Positions 27,654 to 41,283 of a stretch of DNA of 64,000 nucleotides are shown one piece after another (positions within the stretch are counted from its first letter, which is position 1; each line of letters starts with the position of its first letter). The position numbers were made by a program, and so were the translations under genes. The stretch is from assembly GCA_964016885.1 (NCBI GenBank), contig OZ024742.1, forward strand, positions 249,674,001 through 249,738,000, in the 5' to 3' direction. Source of the stretch: Eledone cirrhosa. Lineage: Eukaryota. The notes beneath the pieces were generated by a model. The model worked only from the letters and a program-made list of their open reading frames with translations. It ran no database searches and was not told the origin of the DNA.

Positions 27654-29873
27654 ATGTGCGATATACAATATACTAACATCAATAGTGATGGCCTTAGAAT
27701 TGTCTCTGACCTCGGCCTCGATAAGTATACCCAGCCATATTACCCTCGAGAACCGAGATTCACTCTTAAGGATCATAAGGTTGATTTTATTAGTAACCCC
27801 TCTGTTAGACTCATCTGTCCTTCTAAGTCTGATATAGCCATTATCAGTAAAAAAATCCTTGACCTTATTATACCAGATGTTAGGGATAAGGTTAATTTTA
27901 ACCTATGGGGGAACACCAAGGAAGTTATAGATTGGTTCTCCGGGATTAATAGACTTGAATCTAATAAGTTTATCCAATTCGATATTGATGCCTACTACAC
28001 ATCAATTTCACCCATCCTCCTCAATAAAGCTTTAATGTTGGCCATGAGAGTGTCCAGCCTTACACGATCACAGGTAGATATTATACTAGCAGCCCGTAAA
28101 ACTATTATTAAATTTGAGGACACATTTTGGACCCGTGAAAACACGCCCAATAATTTCGACGTCACAATGGGTTCGAGTGATTCGGCCGAGGTTACTGATC
28201 TTGTTGGGTTGTTCCTCCTTAATGTACTATATGCTACCTTCCCGCACCTTATAGGCGGACTATATCGTGATGATGCATTGTTTGTAATTAACTCTAGCAC
28301 CAACAATGTAGAACATAATAAGAAGAAGCTTTATAAGTTTTTTAAAAGCTATAACCTTTCGATCACGATAGATAGAAATGATAGAGCAGTTAACTTTTTG
28401 GATGTAACTTTGGACTTGGTCACTAATAGTTTTAAACCCTTCCATAAGCCTAATGAAATACTTTCTTATGTTAGTCCCAATTCTAACCACCCCAAGTCTA
28501 TGATAAGCTCTATAATTAAGGGTGTATCTACTAGGATTTCCACACTCTCTAAGGACGTAGGAACATTTAATGAACATGCGGAGTACTATAATAATGCCCT
28601 AGCAAATTCAGGTTACTCTAGTAAAATACATTATAATAATAGTAACCTTAGAAAGTCTCCGTCCACTTTTAATAATAATAACATAATATCACATAACATG
28701 GCCATGAATGGGAGTAGCAAACATAGTAACCGTAAAAATTATATAGGTGTATCTGAACCCATCCATAAGTTAACCCACCGGACCCGTAATAGTGAATATA
28801 ATACCTCTAGGAAACAAGTTGAACCCCCTGAGCGCTCACACATTGGTGATAATTTTGCTGGATCTTATTCTAATAATGTTGCTCCTATTGATCCTATCAT
28901 TGGCCCTAATCCTTATGATGGGATTCCGGACAGCAGCAGATCTACTGGAGGTAGAATCTGTAATAGTCTTAATGAAATTTTGGCTGATTCTACGAATGCG
29001 GCTTTAACTAATCCTTGTAGTAACCCTAGTCTCGATGGTGGGATATTTGATAATGGTAGAGTCGGTAAGAATAAAAATAGAAGGCGATTAAATACTTATT
29101 TTAACCCGCCATATAATCAAGAAGTATCAACTAATATCTCTAGGTCTTTCTTCTCTATCTTAGAGAAAAATTTCCCCCCTTCTCATAAATACCATAGTAT
29201 TTTTAATAAAAATGTTATTAAACTTTCATTCTCCACCACCCCTAATATTAGTTCTCATTTAGCTAGCACTAACAATAGGAAAATTAGGGATGGATTCTCC
29301 TCTCTACATACTACTAGTCTGAACAGATCTGGCAATGCATTACCACCAGAACAGTCCTTATCTAATAGCAATCCTAGGTGTAATGCATCACCACTTGAGT
29401 CAACCAATAACACCCAGAAGTGCAATTGTAGAGTGAGTGCTAACTGCCCTTTAAACGGTAACTGCCTTTCTATGAACATTGTCTATGCTTGCGAAGTTAT
29501 AACTAATTCCTCTAATAGAACTTATATAGGCTCTACATCTAACACTTTTAAGACTAGGTTTAACTCTCATATCTCCAATTTCAAGCATGTTAAGTTTAAG
29601 AATTCTACTTCTTTAGCACATTATATCTGGGATCTTAAGGGAGCTAATATACCATATAGCATTAACTGGCGTTTAGTAGCACGCTCTAACCACCTTTCTA
29701 CACATACTAAGTTTTGTAATCTCTGTATCCTCGAGACACACTCTATAATCTTCTCTAGCGCATCTTTACTTAATAGAAAGTCTGAGATATTCTCTTCTTG
29801 CCCCCACGCTATTTCTAATTCATACTTTTATTATAAACCTAAACGTTCTAGTAGTACAAATTGTACCCATTAG
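27654..29873 (+). CDS. PLE reverse transcriptase plus GIY-YIG endonuclease (N-terminally truncated)
   Basis: FTLKDHK..RLICPSKS, FIQFDIDAYYTSI, FDVTMGS, LYRDDAL, VNFLDVTLDL, SNHP, FNPPY, CNCR..CPL, IVYAC..YIGST..FKTRF..H and CNLCILE..LLNRKSE..CPH. The listed start codon lies in junction repeats and is not a true start. Confidence 0.92.
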   Translation: MCDIQYTNINSDGLRIVSDLGLDKYTQPYYPREPRFTLKDHKVDFISNPSVRLICPSKSDIAIISKKILDLIIPDVRDKVNFNLWGNTKEVIDWFSGINRLESNKFIQFDIDAYYTSISPILLNKALMLAMRVSSLTRSQVDIILAARKTIIKFEDTFWTRENTPNNFDVTMGSSDSAEVTDLVGLFLLNVLYATFPHLIGGLYRDDALFVINSSTNNVEHNKKKLYKFFKSYNLSITIDRNDRAVNFLDVTLDLVTNSFKPFHKPNEILSYVSPNSNHPKSMISSIIKGVSTRISTLSKDVGTFNEHAEYYNNALANSGYSSKIHYNNSNLRKSPSTFNNNNIISHNMAMNGSSKHSNRKNYIGVSEPIHKLTHRTRNSEYNTSRKQVEPPERSHIGDNFAGSYSNNVAPIDPIIGPNPYDGIPDSSRSTGGRICNSLNEILADSTNAALTNPCSNPSLDGGIFDNGRVGKNKNRRRLNTYFNPPYNQEVSTNISRSFFSILEKNFPPSHKYHSIFNKNVIKLSFSTTPNISSHLASTNNRKIRDGFSSLHTTSLNRSGNALPPEQSLSNSNPRCNASPLESTNNTQKCNCRVSANCPLNGNCLSMNIVYACEVITNSSNRTYIGSTSNTFKTRFNSHISNFKHVKFKNSTSLAHYIWDLKGANIPYSINWRLVARSNHLSTHTKFCNLCILETHSIIFSSASLLNRKSEIFSSCPHAISNSYFYYKPKRSSSTNCTH

Positions 29874-30987
29874 CTGATATATTCCATTATTTATTTTTTA
29901 GTTTGCCAACATTATTATTATCATCATTATTATCATTGGTTTTTGAAGACTCTTTATTCTAGCTCTCATAATCTTTTGGCTACTGTACCATATCTATCTT
30001 CTTATGCATTAAATTTTCACTATTACACCTTATGAATGTATATAAGATTATATATTTTACGGTATTTATTTTATTTTATTCTTATTTTTATTTTTATTTT
30101 TATTCGGATTCTTCTTTGCCCCCCCCCCCCCCCTGCGCACATAAACTTAGTGTCAACCCCTCCAAATTGACAATGATTATATTATATTTAACCCCCCCTC
30201 CTTTACGCTCCTTTCTATTATGTAATATAGTATATCGACTATATTTTATGCCCCTTTGCATCCTCCATATATTTCTCCATTTCTGTCCCTATTAGCCTAC
30301 CTTAATTCTGCTTAAGTCAGTTCTTTAGATATCGTTATGTATATGATAATAAAAAATGTTCATTCCTTTTTGTAAACATTTGTAACGAAATATTAACGTT
30401 TATAAACTTTAATGACTTAAACTATAGCTAATATTATACTGCCTTATTGAATAGTTTAAATATTTTTAATATTAATTTATCAAGTAGGGTGTTTGCGTCA
30501 TTTACAGGGGTTGTTTCCTTAGTTTTTACTTAACTACTTAACTGCATGTGAGACCTAAATGTATACGTTTGTTTTTGTTTTTTAATTTCCAGTTGATTCT
30601 ATTTATTTACTTTATTCTATATTTTATATATTATATTTTATATTTTATTTGTAATACTACTGTGCATTATATTTACTGTCTGGCACTTACTCACTCATCC
30701 ATATACATGCCTGTCTACCAACCTTGTAATTATAAGTAATTATATATTATATTATATTAATTTATTTTATATAATATATTATATTATATTGTATTTTTTA
30801 TTGTAATATTGATCCTTATTACTTACCGTTGATTATATGTAACATTATGATATGTTAAACTTTATATATCATGTAAGATGTTTAAACTTCTGTACCATCA
30901 ACATTTTTTTGAGGTATTGTACAATTTATTTTTCCTCACCTACTCTGTAACCCAGTATGAATTGATTTGTTATATTGTTTATTATAA

Positions 30988-31736
30988 ATGTTAGTATATT
31001 GTATATCGTAAATGTTAATATATTATTATTATATTATTATTGTGACATCTATATTGTTTGTGTAAATTAACCGGAGATTATCTATCCTATTATATTGTAT
31101 TATATAGCATATAACTGTATTATTTATTATTTATTATATGTGCTACTTATAATTATATCATATTATTACCTCATGTATATTGGGTAGACGTATTAGTAAT
31201 ATTATTATTATTATTTTCATTCCTATCATGCTTATTTTTATATTCAAACTCTTAATAAGGTTTAATTTGTGCAGTTGAAGATGGATGTGTGTATTGTTGT
31301 ATGTGTATGTGTGTGTACGTGTGTGCACATATATACATATGCATATTGTACCTATTGATTTTTATTGTAATTTTAATGTTGGTAAAGGTATATTATATTA
31401 TATTATATTATATTACATTGTATTATATATAATTCCTGCTATATATAACCACCTTTGTTTAGCTCTAGTTTTTTTTTGCTTTGGACTATATTTGTAATAT
31501 CGTTCTTAATGTTATATACATCCTTAGTAATTTTTATTATATATTTTTATTATTTTTATTATATATTTTTGCAATACTTTAGTCTATGTACACTCCATAT
31601 TCTTCGGAGCTTCCGGCTTGTATCTGCCGATATTACTTCTTGTTGTTTTAATTGCCCTGATGAGTCCTTAATAGGACGAAACATTGTCGGCTAATAAAGA
31701 CTTTTGATGTATTGAAGGCTTCTTTGTTTTACTCTC

Positions 31737-31741
<5 letters not shown>
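30988..31741 (+). repeat. Right (sense) terminal repeat of the PLE
   Basis: Reverse complement of 26864-27617. Confidence 0.95.
31652..31693 (+). ncRNA. Minimal type I hammerhead ribozyme in the PLE pLTR
   Basis: GCC-CTGATGA-GTCCT-taat-AGGAC-GAAA-CATTG-TC-GGC. Predicted cleavage is after C31688, followed by AATAAA. Confidence 0.88.
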
Positions 31742-31773
<32 letters not shown>

Positions 31774-32075
31774 TGTATCATTTATTCATCCATTTCTACG
31801 AACGTTTCAACACGGCTAAAATAACACGTCCATTTTCAGATCAACTGGAGATTATTAGGCAATAATTAGCCGCATTTGAGTGCTTTCCTGAAGAGATGCG
31901 GTTGGCAAAAAGCAACAATAATTGGGATAAGTATTGACTAATAATCCCCAGTAGCGTGATATTTTAGAAATGTATGAAAAAATAATAATTACACATCCTT
32001 GATTTTCTTACAATTTTTTATTTAAAATACTCTGGTACCTCAACCGTACTTAACAATAAGATATTTTGACTGCCA

Positions 32076-32632
<557 letters not shown>

Positions 32633-32685
32633 GTCTTCGTTGAACCTTTGGTAAATGGAATAATTGTCTTATGTTGTTTATTACA

Positions 32686-32721
<36 letters not shown>

Positions 32722-33067
32722 TAGATGAATAGATAGATAGATAGATAGATAGATATGTATTTGTGTGTCTGGGGGGGGTGCGTATTGTCTGTGTTCTACA
32801 TTGAAGTGATATGTGTGCCTGATGTTTCCATGTGGGTATATGTCTTGTCCTGTTGATACACAGTGGACAAGCAGCGCTGCAAGGGAAATAGTAAGAACGC
32901 TTCACTTCAAGAGGTAGGTCGTGTACTTTCAGTCACTTAATGCGCGTAAAAGCGGAATAAAACTGAGCTTTGTCCACCTAAAGTAACCTTGGAAAACGGA
33001 CGATAATTTATTATTAATATATATCATGTTTAACTAGTTATTACAAGCGTTGCCTTAAAAAAAATTA

Positions 33068-33518
33068 AACTAGACCTGAAAAATGCACAAGCTCAAAAGA
33101 GCCACAGAATGTTATAATAAACCTTCAAAGGTGTGGGACTAGAGTTGTTGCTCATAAATATTGTAATCATTATCTATCGTACACACTGTGGCATTCTTTT
33201 ATGAAAAAAAGAGACTCATAACGAACTCAAGACGAGACGATGATTATTTAAGTGAATTTATAATATAGAATTCGGTTTAAGTGCATTTCGTATTAATCAT
33301 TACTAAACATCTAATATGAGATATTGAACATTAGCTTAAATAATTATCGTGTCGTCTTGAGTTCGTTATGAGTCTCTTTTTTTATAAAAGTATGCCACAG
33401 AGTGTACGATAGATAATGATTACAATATTTTTGAGCAACAACTGTAGTATCACACTTTTGAAGGTTTATTATAATATTCTGGAGCTCTTTTGAGCTTGCG
33501 CATTTTACAGGTCTAGTT
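33068..33518. mobile_element. MITE-like or fold-back element with ~185-bp diverged arms
   Basis: 33068-33252 is an imperfect reverse complement of 33335-33518. No HHR core seen. Confidence 0.7.
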
Positions 33519-33604
33519 ATATATGTATACACACACACACACGCAAGCACACACATACACACACACACACACGCAGACACACACGCAAGCACACACACAC
33601 ACAT

Positions 33605-33696
<92 letters not shown>

Positions 33697-34055
33697 TCAT
33701 TATACATTTATATATATATATAAAGATAGATATGTTGTTGGAGAAAGTGAAGTAATTAATAAATGATTGTGAGTTTGCTACTGGATTCTACGTTCCTTAA
33801 CCGACGCCATGCTTATGTTCGTTAATGTTACATACTCTGATGCGTCCCTAATTCCATTCTTATATTTACCATGCAGCTATATTTCCCAGCAATTAGTTCC
33901 AACTGAGATGCTGAAAATATTCTCAGGCAGAAAAATACGTGTGGATAAACACCGAAAAAAATGTCGCGATCACACCATAACTGTCGGTTTGCATACACAA
34001 AGATATAATGTGTATGTAGACATGGCTACGTGATTAAAATTCTCTTCGAAATATG

Positions 34056-34171
<116 letters not shown>

Positions 34172-34177
34172 AGTGTA

Positions 34178-34481
<304 letters not shown>

Positions 34482-34513
34482 ATATATATATATATATATA
34501 TATATGTGTACAC

Positions 34514-34561
<48 letters not shown>

Positions 34562-34652
34562 GGAAAAAATGTAACGATATTTCATTTCCCACTCTTAGTA
34601 CGGCTGTTACATACTTATATTTATATAAATACATATATATATATATATATAT

Positions 34653-34835
34653 AGTTTTAATATAGATGAGATTCTAGAGGACTAGAAGTGTTTCATTCTT
34701 TTGATATCATCATGATTTCTAAAGAATGAAACAGTTCTAGTCCTGTAGAATCTCATCTATATTAAAACTTTTATACTCTGCAATGTATTGAGTACCTTAC
34801 TTACTGTGGTTACCTCCGATTCAACCCGGAATAAC

Positions 34836-34836
<1 letters not shown>
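34653..34836. mobile_element. Fold-back mini-element, family E
   Basis: Hairpin 34653-34769 with GAAAC-agttcta-GTC, and a long arm running to (TA)n. A relative lies at ~36645-36725. Confidence 0.7.
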
Positions 34837-34922
<86 letters not shown>

Positions 34923-34923
<1 letters not shown>

Positions 34924-34973
34924 AAGTATGTATGTATACGTACATACATATATGTATACAGACGTACAGTACC

Positions 34974-35008
<35 letters not shown>

Positions 35009-35179
35009 CAGGTACACATACATATATGTACGTATCAGTTTAGCGGACGCTTATTATAGCGCCCGCTTTGTTCGTTTGTAAACAAACTGAACAGCCTGAA
35101 TTTTATGCCGTACGGTGTTAAGGCAACCACGTCACCTTTTTGTTCAACACTGACACGTACATATATGTATGTGTACCTG

Positions 35180-35223
<44 letters not shown>

Positions 35224-35654
35224 TGCTACTGTACGTCTGTATACATACATGTATGTACGTATACATACATACTTATATTTAAGTAAGTGCCGTACTAAGA
35301 GTGAGAAATGAAATTTCGTTTCCATTTTATTACAACTCATCGTTTTCGGTGCGCCTGACCGATTTAACTCACTCGATATGCAAATTAGGCTGCGCAGCCT
35401 TTAATTTTCATAAGGAAAGTATCTACTTTCGAACGTTCAACCATCTGGCAGAAGGGTATACGGTGCTGATCATAGCTAACAAGCTTGAAACTAGTACATC
35501 GTTCCTGTGTCAGTGTTAAACAAAAAGGTGACGTGGTTGCCTTAACACCGTATGGCATAAAATTCAGGCTGTTCAGTTTGTTTACAAAAGAACAAAGCGG
35601 GCGCTATAATAAGCGTCCGCTAAACTGATACGTACATATATGTATGTGTACCTG

Positions 35655-35692
<38 letters not shown>

Positions 35693-36435
35693 GTTACCAG
35701 TTGGTGCTACTGGTAACATGTATCCCAGTACAACCTGTCTCATGGTCGGGTCGTTGGCGACTAAACTGGCAACCCCACCAAGGTTTCTTGATGAGGAGGG
35801 TGACTTTGGACATCCTGCAGGACTAAAAACAAAACCTGTCAAAGGGCAAAGGAGCTCTTAAGAGTCAATAGCCATCTAAAATCACCGGGAGAGATGACCC
35901 CTTAGCCTTTGTCAAGGCAGAATTCTAGGAGAAGGAAAACTCTGATATAACACCTGCAACCCTGATGGTATCCAATGATGTTGACTTGTTCTTCTTTTTG
36001 GTAAATATCATCTTGGTTAAGAGAGTGGGACTGGCTTTGTGCAGTGCCTTTGCTCACTATAAAAGCTTCACAGCACAGGCATTGCTTTATATCTGGAGAT
36101 CTCTCTGCACTTGTCAACACATGGTACCATGGGCCCTGCACTATGTGTCAATAATGGTCACAAGTGTAGTCTTTGTACCAGAGTTTTCAAGTCGCTGGCT
36201 GGACTAAAAAGTCACATTCGTTCAGCGTATCGGTAGGGGTTCTCCTACATGGATATAAAGTAGTGGCCGTACTGGAAGACGAGTTGGCAGCCACCATATA
36301 TATATATATATATATATGCATGCTACTGTACGTCTGTATACATATATGTATGTACGTATACATACATACTTACATTTAAGTAAGTGCCGTACTAAGAGTG
36401 AGAAATGAAATTTCGTTTTCATTTTATTACAACTC
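34923..36435 (+). mobile_element. Family B locus interrupted by a 600-bp insertion
   Basis: Inverted arm 34923-35165 and sense unit from ~35155. The HHR at 35461-35501 has a CTGATCA core variant. The unit resumes at ~36316. Confidence 0.82.
35689..36296 (+). mobile_element. ~600-bp non-coding element inserted in (TA)n (family F copy 1)
   Basis: A highly similar reverse-complement copy lies at 40677-41286 with the same ends. Both are flanked by (TA)n. Confidence 0.85.
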
Positions 36436-36727
36436 TCTCTCTATATATATATATATACATGCATATATATATATATATATACATTCATTCATACAACCAG
36501 ACGTATATATATGTATGTGTATATACGGATACTGATATACAATTATAAATACATGCATACATATATATACAGGTAGATTTCTGAAGGGAGGGGCATCAGG
36601 AGATGACCTCGGTAAAAAAAGGTACACAATAGTATATAAGCATCTTTATTTGATATAGAAATAACTTCTACAGGACTAGAACTGTTTCATTCATATTAAA
36701 TCATCTTTCTCACGAATGAAACAGTAA

Positions 36728-36930
36728 TCTATCTATATAAAACTGTAGTTGTCTGTGTGTGTGTGTCCTCATTTTGGCAAAGTCTATACAAATCCACATT
36801 TCTACTCCGATTGACTTCAAACTAGCATTTATATATTCCTTGCGGTCTAAAGATACTAACTGTAGCTTTTATTATTCAATTTTCTGTAGTTAAAGGGGAG
36901 TTACGCCCCAGTTATCGATCTCCGTCTAGC
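36728..36930 (+). mobile_element. Helitron-like 5' end fragment
   Basis: A|TCTATCTATATAAAA followed by GTCTGTGTG, similar to 23070. Confidence 0.5.
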
Positions 36931-37112
36931 CCTTATAATATCTGTATGTATGTCTGACTATCTGCATTACGACATTCTGACGAACACGTCATTGCTGACG
37001 TATTATCTTCGCTACATTCACACACACATATATACATATATACTTATATATACATATATATATACACACATATATACATATACACAGACCTATAAACACA
37101 TATACATATATA

Positions 37113-37670
37113 AATGGTAAAAATGATATTTCATTTCTCACTCTTAGTATGGCTGATAACTGAATATAAGTATGTATACGTACATACATATATGTATACA
37201 GACGTACAGTAGTATGTATATACATACATACATGCACACATATATATATATGTACGTATGGGTTTACCGAACATTTATTATAAGGCTCGGTTTCTTTGTA
37301 AACAAACACCCGAATTATTTCCCGTACAGTGTTCGGCAACCATCGTTGCCATTTTGTTCAACACTGACAAAGGAACGATGAACTAGTTTCTAGCTTAATA
37401 GCTGTATACTTTCCTGTCAGTCTATTGAACGTTTGAAAGTATATACTTTCCTTATGCATATTAACGACTGAGTAGCCTAATTTTCATACCGAGTGAGTTA
37501 GTCGGCCGGGCGTACCGAAAACGATAAATGGAAAAAATGAAATTTCATTTCTCACTCTTAGTACGGCTGATACTTAAATGTAAGTATGTATACGTACATA
37601 CATATATGTATACAGACGTACAGTAGTATGTATATACATACATACATGCACATATATATATATATATGTT
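37113..37670 (-). mobile_element. Family B locus (partial tandem) with HHR 5' core deleted
   Basis: The minus strand reads GTATAC^AGCTATTAAGCTAGAAACTAGTTCATCG at ~37376-37410. Confidence 0.82.
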
Positions 37671-37679
37671 CGCATAGAT

Positions 37680-38060
37680 TTACCGTCGTGGGGGCAGAGT
37701 CAGCAAACATTCCTTCCAGCAGGTCCTGTCAGAAGCAATGGTCTCCAACTGATCTGACTGAATTCCCGAAGCGAGACTAGCCAAACTCATGGATGTTATC
37801 TAACCATCACGCTCTGGTTCTCCTGCCACTTAGTTTTGCCCGTAAAAGCTGTCCAGTAATTCTTTCTTAAGGCATTCTAAATAAATGCCCATAGTATCGG
37901 AGCTGTGATCTCTCAATTTGGAGAAGTAGCGGCTCAAACTGGAGAGACTCCGAAGAGGCAACAAGTGATGACCTAACCAAAGTCCCCTATATGTTCAGCA
38001 ACGTGCAGTTGGCAGTGCTAATAATTGTTTCTTCTTTCGTTGTGGTAGTAATAGCAGGTA
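37680..38060 (-). mobile_element. RTE-like LINE 3' fragment
   Basis: The minus strand gives RSQLRYYGHLFRMP... Confidence 0.6.
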
Positions 38061-38222
38061 ATTCGTTGAAGTGATGGCCGGCTTCTGTAAAAAGGTGACA
38101 GTTATCATATATATATATATATATAGTGGTGGAACACTGGACGGTAATATCCGTAGTGGTAGAGCACTCAGTCCAAGGGACGAATTAGGTAGAAATGGTT
38201 GCACAACAGTTAGTTCACCATA

Positions 38223-38262
38223 CCGAGAACAATTGTTTCACCTTCGCGGATCTTCAGCTCGG
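38223..38262 (-). ncRNA. Minimal type I hammerhead (left arm of palindrome)
   Basis: CCGAG-CTGAAGA-TCC-gcgaa-GGT-GAAA-CAATTG-TT-CTCGG. Confidence 0.8.
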
Positions 38263-38266
38263 GATC

Positions 38267-38306
38267 CCGAGCTGAAGATCCGCCAAGGTGAAACAATTGT
38301 TCTCGG
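38267..38306 (+). ncRNA. Minimal type I hammerhead (right arm of palindrome)
   Basis: CCGAG-CTGAAGA-TCC-gccaa-GGT-GAAA-CAATTG-TT-CTCGG, with perfect stem I and palindromic stem III. Confidence 0.8.
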
Positions 38307-38334
38307 TATGGTGAACTAACTGTTGTGTAACCAC

Positions 38335-38375
<41 letters not shown>

Positions 38376-38384
38376 AACTGTCAA

Positions 38385-38460
<76 letters not shown>

Positions 38461-39317
38461 GTTGAACAAATTAAAACAAAACAAACACGGGGATGCAAAA
38501 TTTCAAAGACTTATTAGGTTCATATGTGTATGTTTTTATGAGTACGTGTGTGTGGTTGTGTGTGTGTATGTGTGTATGTGTAAATATGTATGTTTAAACA
38601 AGAAGTTATATTTATAAGGAAACGATAGAAGTTTGAAAATTGAATTTGTAGAGTTCACCGTACTTTTGACTACAGAAAATAGTCTAATAGGTCTTATACG
38701 CCCCCAGAACAGTCTAATGGGTATCTGTTTTATTTCAACTTTGCCACCATCATCATCATCGTCCACGTATATAACACCCCTATTGTTCTCTCAAGTAATT
38801 CTATTTTTCAGTAAATATTTTTCAGCCAATTTCTTATTTACCCCAACAAATTGATACATAACCACCTACCCACCGTAATTTGTTTTTCTTGTCATCTCAT
38901 TTATGTCCAACATCATCATCCTCCTCATCATTCTCATCATGAACATCATCATCAATATCATTATCATCATCATCATCACCCGAAGCGTCACTCCTTTTGC
39001 AAAACTTACTAATTACTATTATCTCCATTATTATCATCATCATCAAGACATTGTATGACAATAGCTTCCTTATTTCACTTAGTTTTTTTGTTAAATACCT
39101 TCTTCTTCGCCTTTTTCTTTTCATAATGCCCTTCCCTTTTCCCATACTCCTACCCACTCACTCGAATCTTCCTTAACTGTAGCTGTTATTGAGAATGTAG
39201 TCTTGCCAAATGACCCTGAGAATGCACAAGAGAAAGAAAGCTCGCAAATTCACCATAATAAATACATTTTTAAACTTTATATCGGTATTGAGTACTCATG
39301 CAACCCATCCGTCAATC

Positions 39318-39380
<63 letters not shown>

Positions 39381-39417
39381 AGGGTGTTAAAGTTTGCTTG
39401 AAGCATTGTGAAATGTG

Positions 39418-40363
39418 TAAAATACGTAGTTTAGAAAGCCACAACAATGCAGATGGGAGATCTCGAGGTAGGAAGTGAAAATGAGAGAGACAAAGATGAA
39501 AACAAAACAAAGGTAGAAGGGTTGCCGTAGTGGAGATTTAATCCCAATATTTCGGGCTCACGCCCATCAACGGGGGAAAGTTCCAAAAAGGGGGGGAACA
39601 GGCTAAGCCGGAGAAAGTTGTGATGTCGTTAAAACAGGAATGCCGTTATGGGGGAGAAAATTTAAATGAGGGAAAGAATGCGCGTGCGCGTGATAGGCTG
39701 TGGCAAAAGCTACTGACCAAATGGGTTAAATCAAGAGGGTGCGCTAGCGTGTGAAAGCCGTAAAATATGTGTGTGTAAATATATATGTGTGTGTAACTGT
39801 GTGTGTATATGTGTAAGTGTGTATATGTGTGAGTGTGTGTGTGTGTGAAAGATAGTGGGCTGTAGAAGCTGGAAATCAGCTTCTACAGCCCACTATCTTT
39901 CACACACACACACACACACACACTCACACATATACACACTTACACATATACACACACAGTTACACACACATATATATTTACACACACATATTTTACGGCT
40001 TTCACACGCTAGCGCACCCTCTTGATTTAACCCATTTGGTCAGTAGCTTTTGCCACAGCCTATCACGCGCACGCGCATTCTTTCCCTCATTTAAATTTTC
40101 TCCCCCATAACGGCATTCCTGTTTTAACGACATCACAACTTTCTCCGGCTTAGCCTGTTCCCCCCCCTTTTTGGAACTTTCCCCCGTTGATGGGCGTGAG
40201 CCCGAAATATTGGGATTAAATCTCCACTACGGTAACCCTTCTACCTTTGTTTTGTTTTCATCTTTGTCTCTCTCAATTTTCACTTTCTCCTATTTCTCCT
40301 ATCTATCATTCACTTCCTACCTCGAGATTTCCCATCTGCATTGTTGTGGCTTTCTAAACTACG

Positions 40364-40370
<7 letters not shown>
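39418..40370. repeat. ~950-bp near-perfect palindrome with 5-nt loop
   Basis: The axis is at 39872-39876 (GAAAT). The arms mirror even an internal (TG)n/(CA)n tract. The right end abuts (TA)n. Confidence 0.93.
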
Positions 40371-40406
<36 letters not shown>

Positions 40407-40544
40407 GTGTAAACCTTTGGTAAATGAAACAATTGTCTTATGTTGTTTATTACATAACTATATATATACATATATATGTTGATTTAACACCACTGCTCGC
40501 AAGTGGCTTTTAAGTGTTTTTTAAGCTTCATATCTTGTCTCCCT

Positions 40545-40613
40545 ATTTTATCTGATGAAAACGCAAATATCATCCGATGATGATATTTGTTTTTGAAATG
40601 CGCATAACAAAAT
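40545..40613 (+). ncRNA. Type I hammerhead ribozyme with extended stem II
   Basis: attttat-CTGATGA-aaacgCAAATATCATC-cgat-GATGATATTTGttttt-GAAA-TGCGCA-TA-acaaaat. Confidence 0.78.
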
Positions 40614-40676
40614 ACATGGAACTCTTTTAACCATCTTTTGATCTTATATTATATACATATATATATATATATATAT

Positions 40677-41283
40677 ATGGTGGCTGCCAACTCGTTTTCG
40701 AGTACGGCCACTACTTTATATCCATGTAGGAGAACCCCTACTGATGCGCTAAACGAATGTGACTTTTCAGTCCAGCCAGCGACTTGAAAACTCGGGTACA
40801 AACACTACACTTGTGACAATTATTGACACATAGTGCTGGGCCCATGGTACCATGTGACGACAAGTGCAGAGAGATCTCCAGATATAAAGCAATGCCTGTG
40901 CCGTGAAGCTTTTATAGTGAGCAAAGGCACAGCACAAAGCCAGTCCCACTCTCTTAACCAAGATGATATTTACCAAAAAGAAGAACAAGTCAACATCATT
41001 GGATACCATCAGAGTTGCAGGTGTTATATCAGAGTTTTCCTTCTCCTAGAATTCTGCCTTGACAAAGGCTAAGGGGTCATCTCTCCCGGTGATTTTGGAT
41101 GGCCATTGACTCTTAAGAGCTCCTTTGCCCTTTGACAGGTTTTGTTTTTAGTCCTGCAGGATGTCCAAAGTCACCCTCCTCACCAAGCAACCTTGGTGGG
41201 GCTGCCAGTTTAGTCGCCAACGACCCGACCATGAGACAGGTTGTACTGGGATACATGTTACCAGTAGCACCAACTGGTGACCT

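Larger units (their letters stand above)
26864..31741 (+). mobile_element. Penelope-like element, 5'-truncated, with inverted pseudo-LTR
   Basis: RT+GIY-YIG ORF and a ~1.85-kb AT-rich 3' region. 26864-27617 is a near-perfect reverse complement of 30988-31741. (TA)n follows. Confidence 0.93.

Noticed and set aside
31795-31845. Minus-strand CTGAAAA...GAAACGTT motif
   Set aside because: The core is mutated and stems I and II do not pair convincingly.
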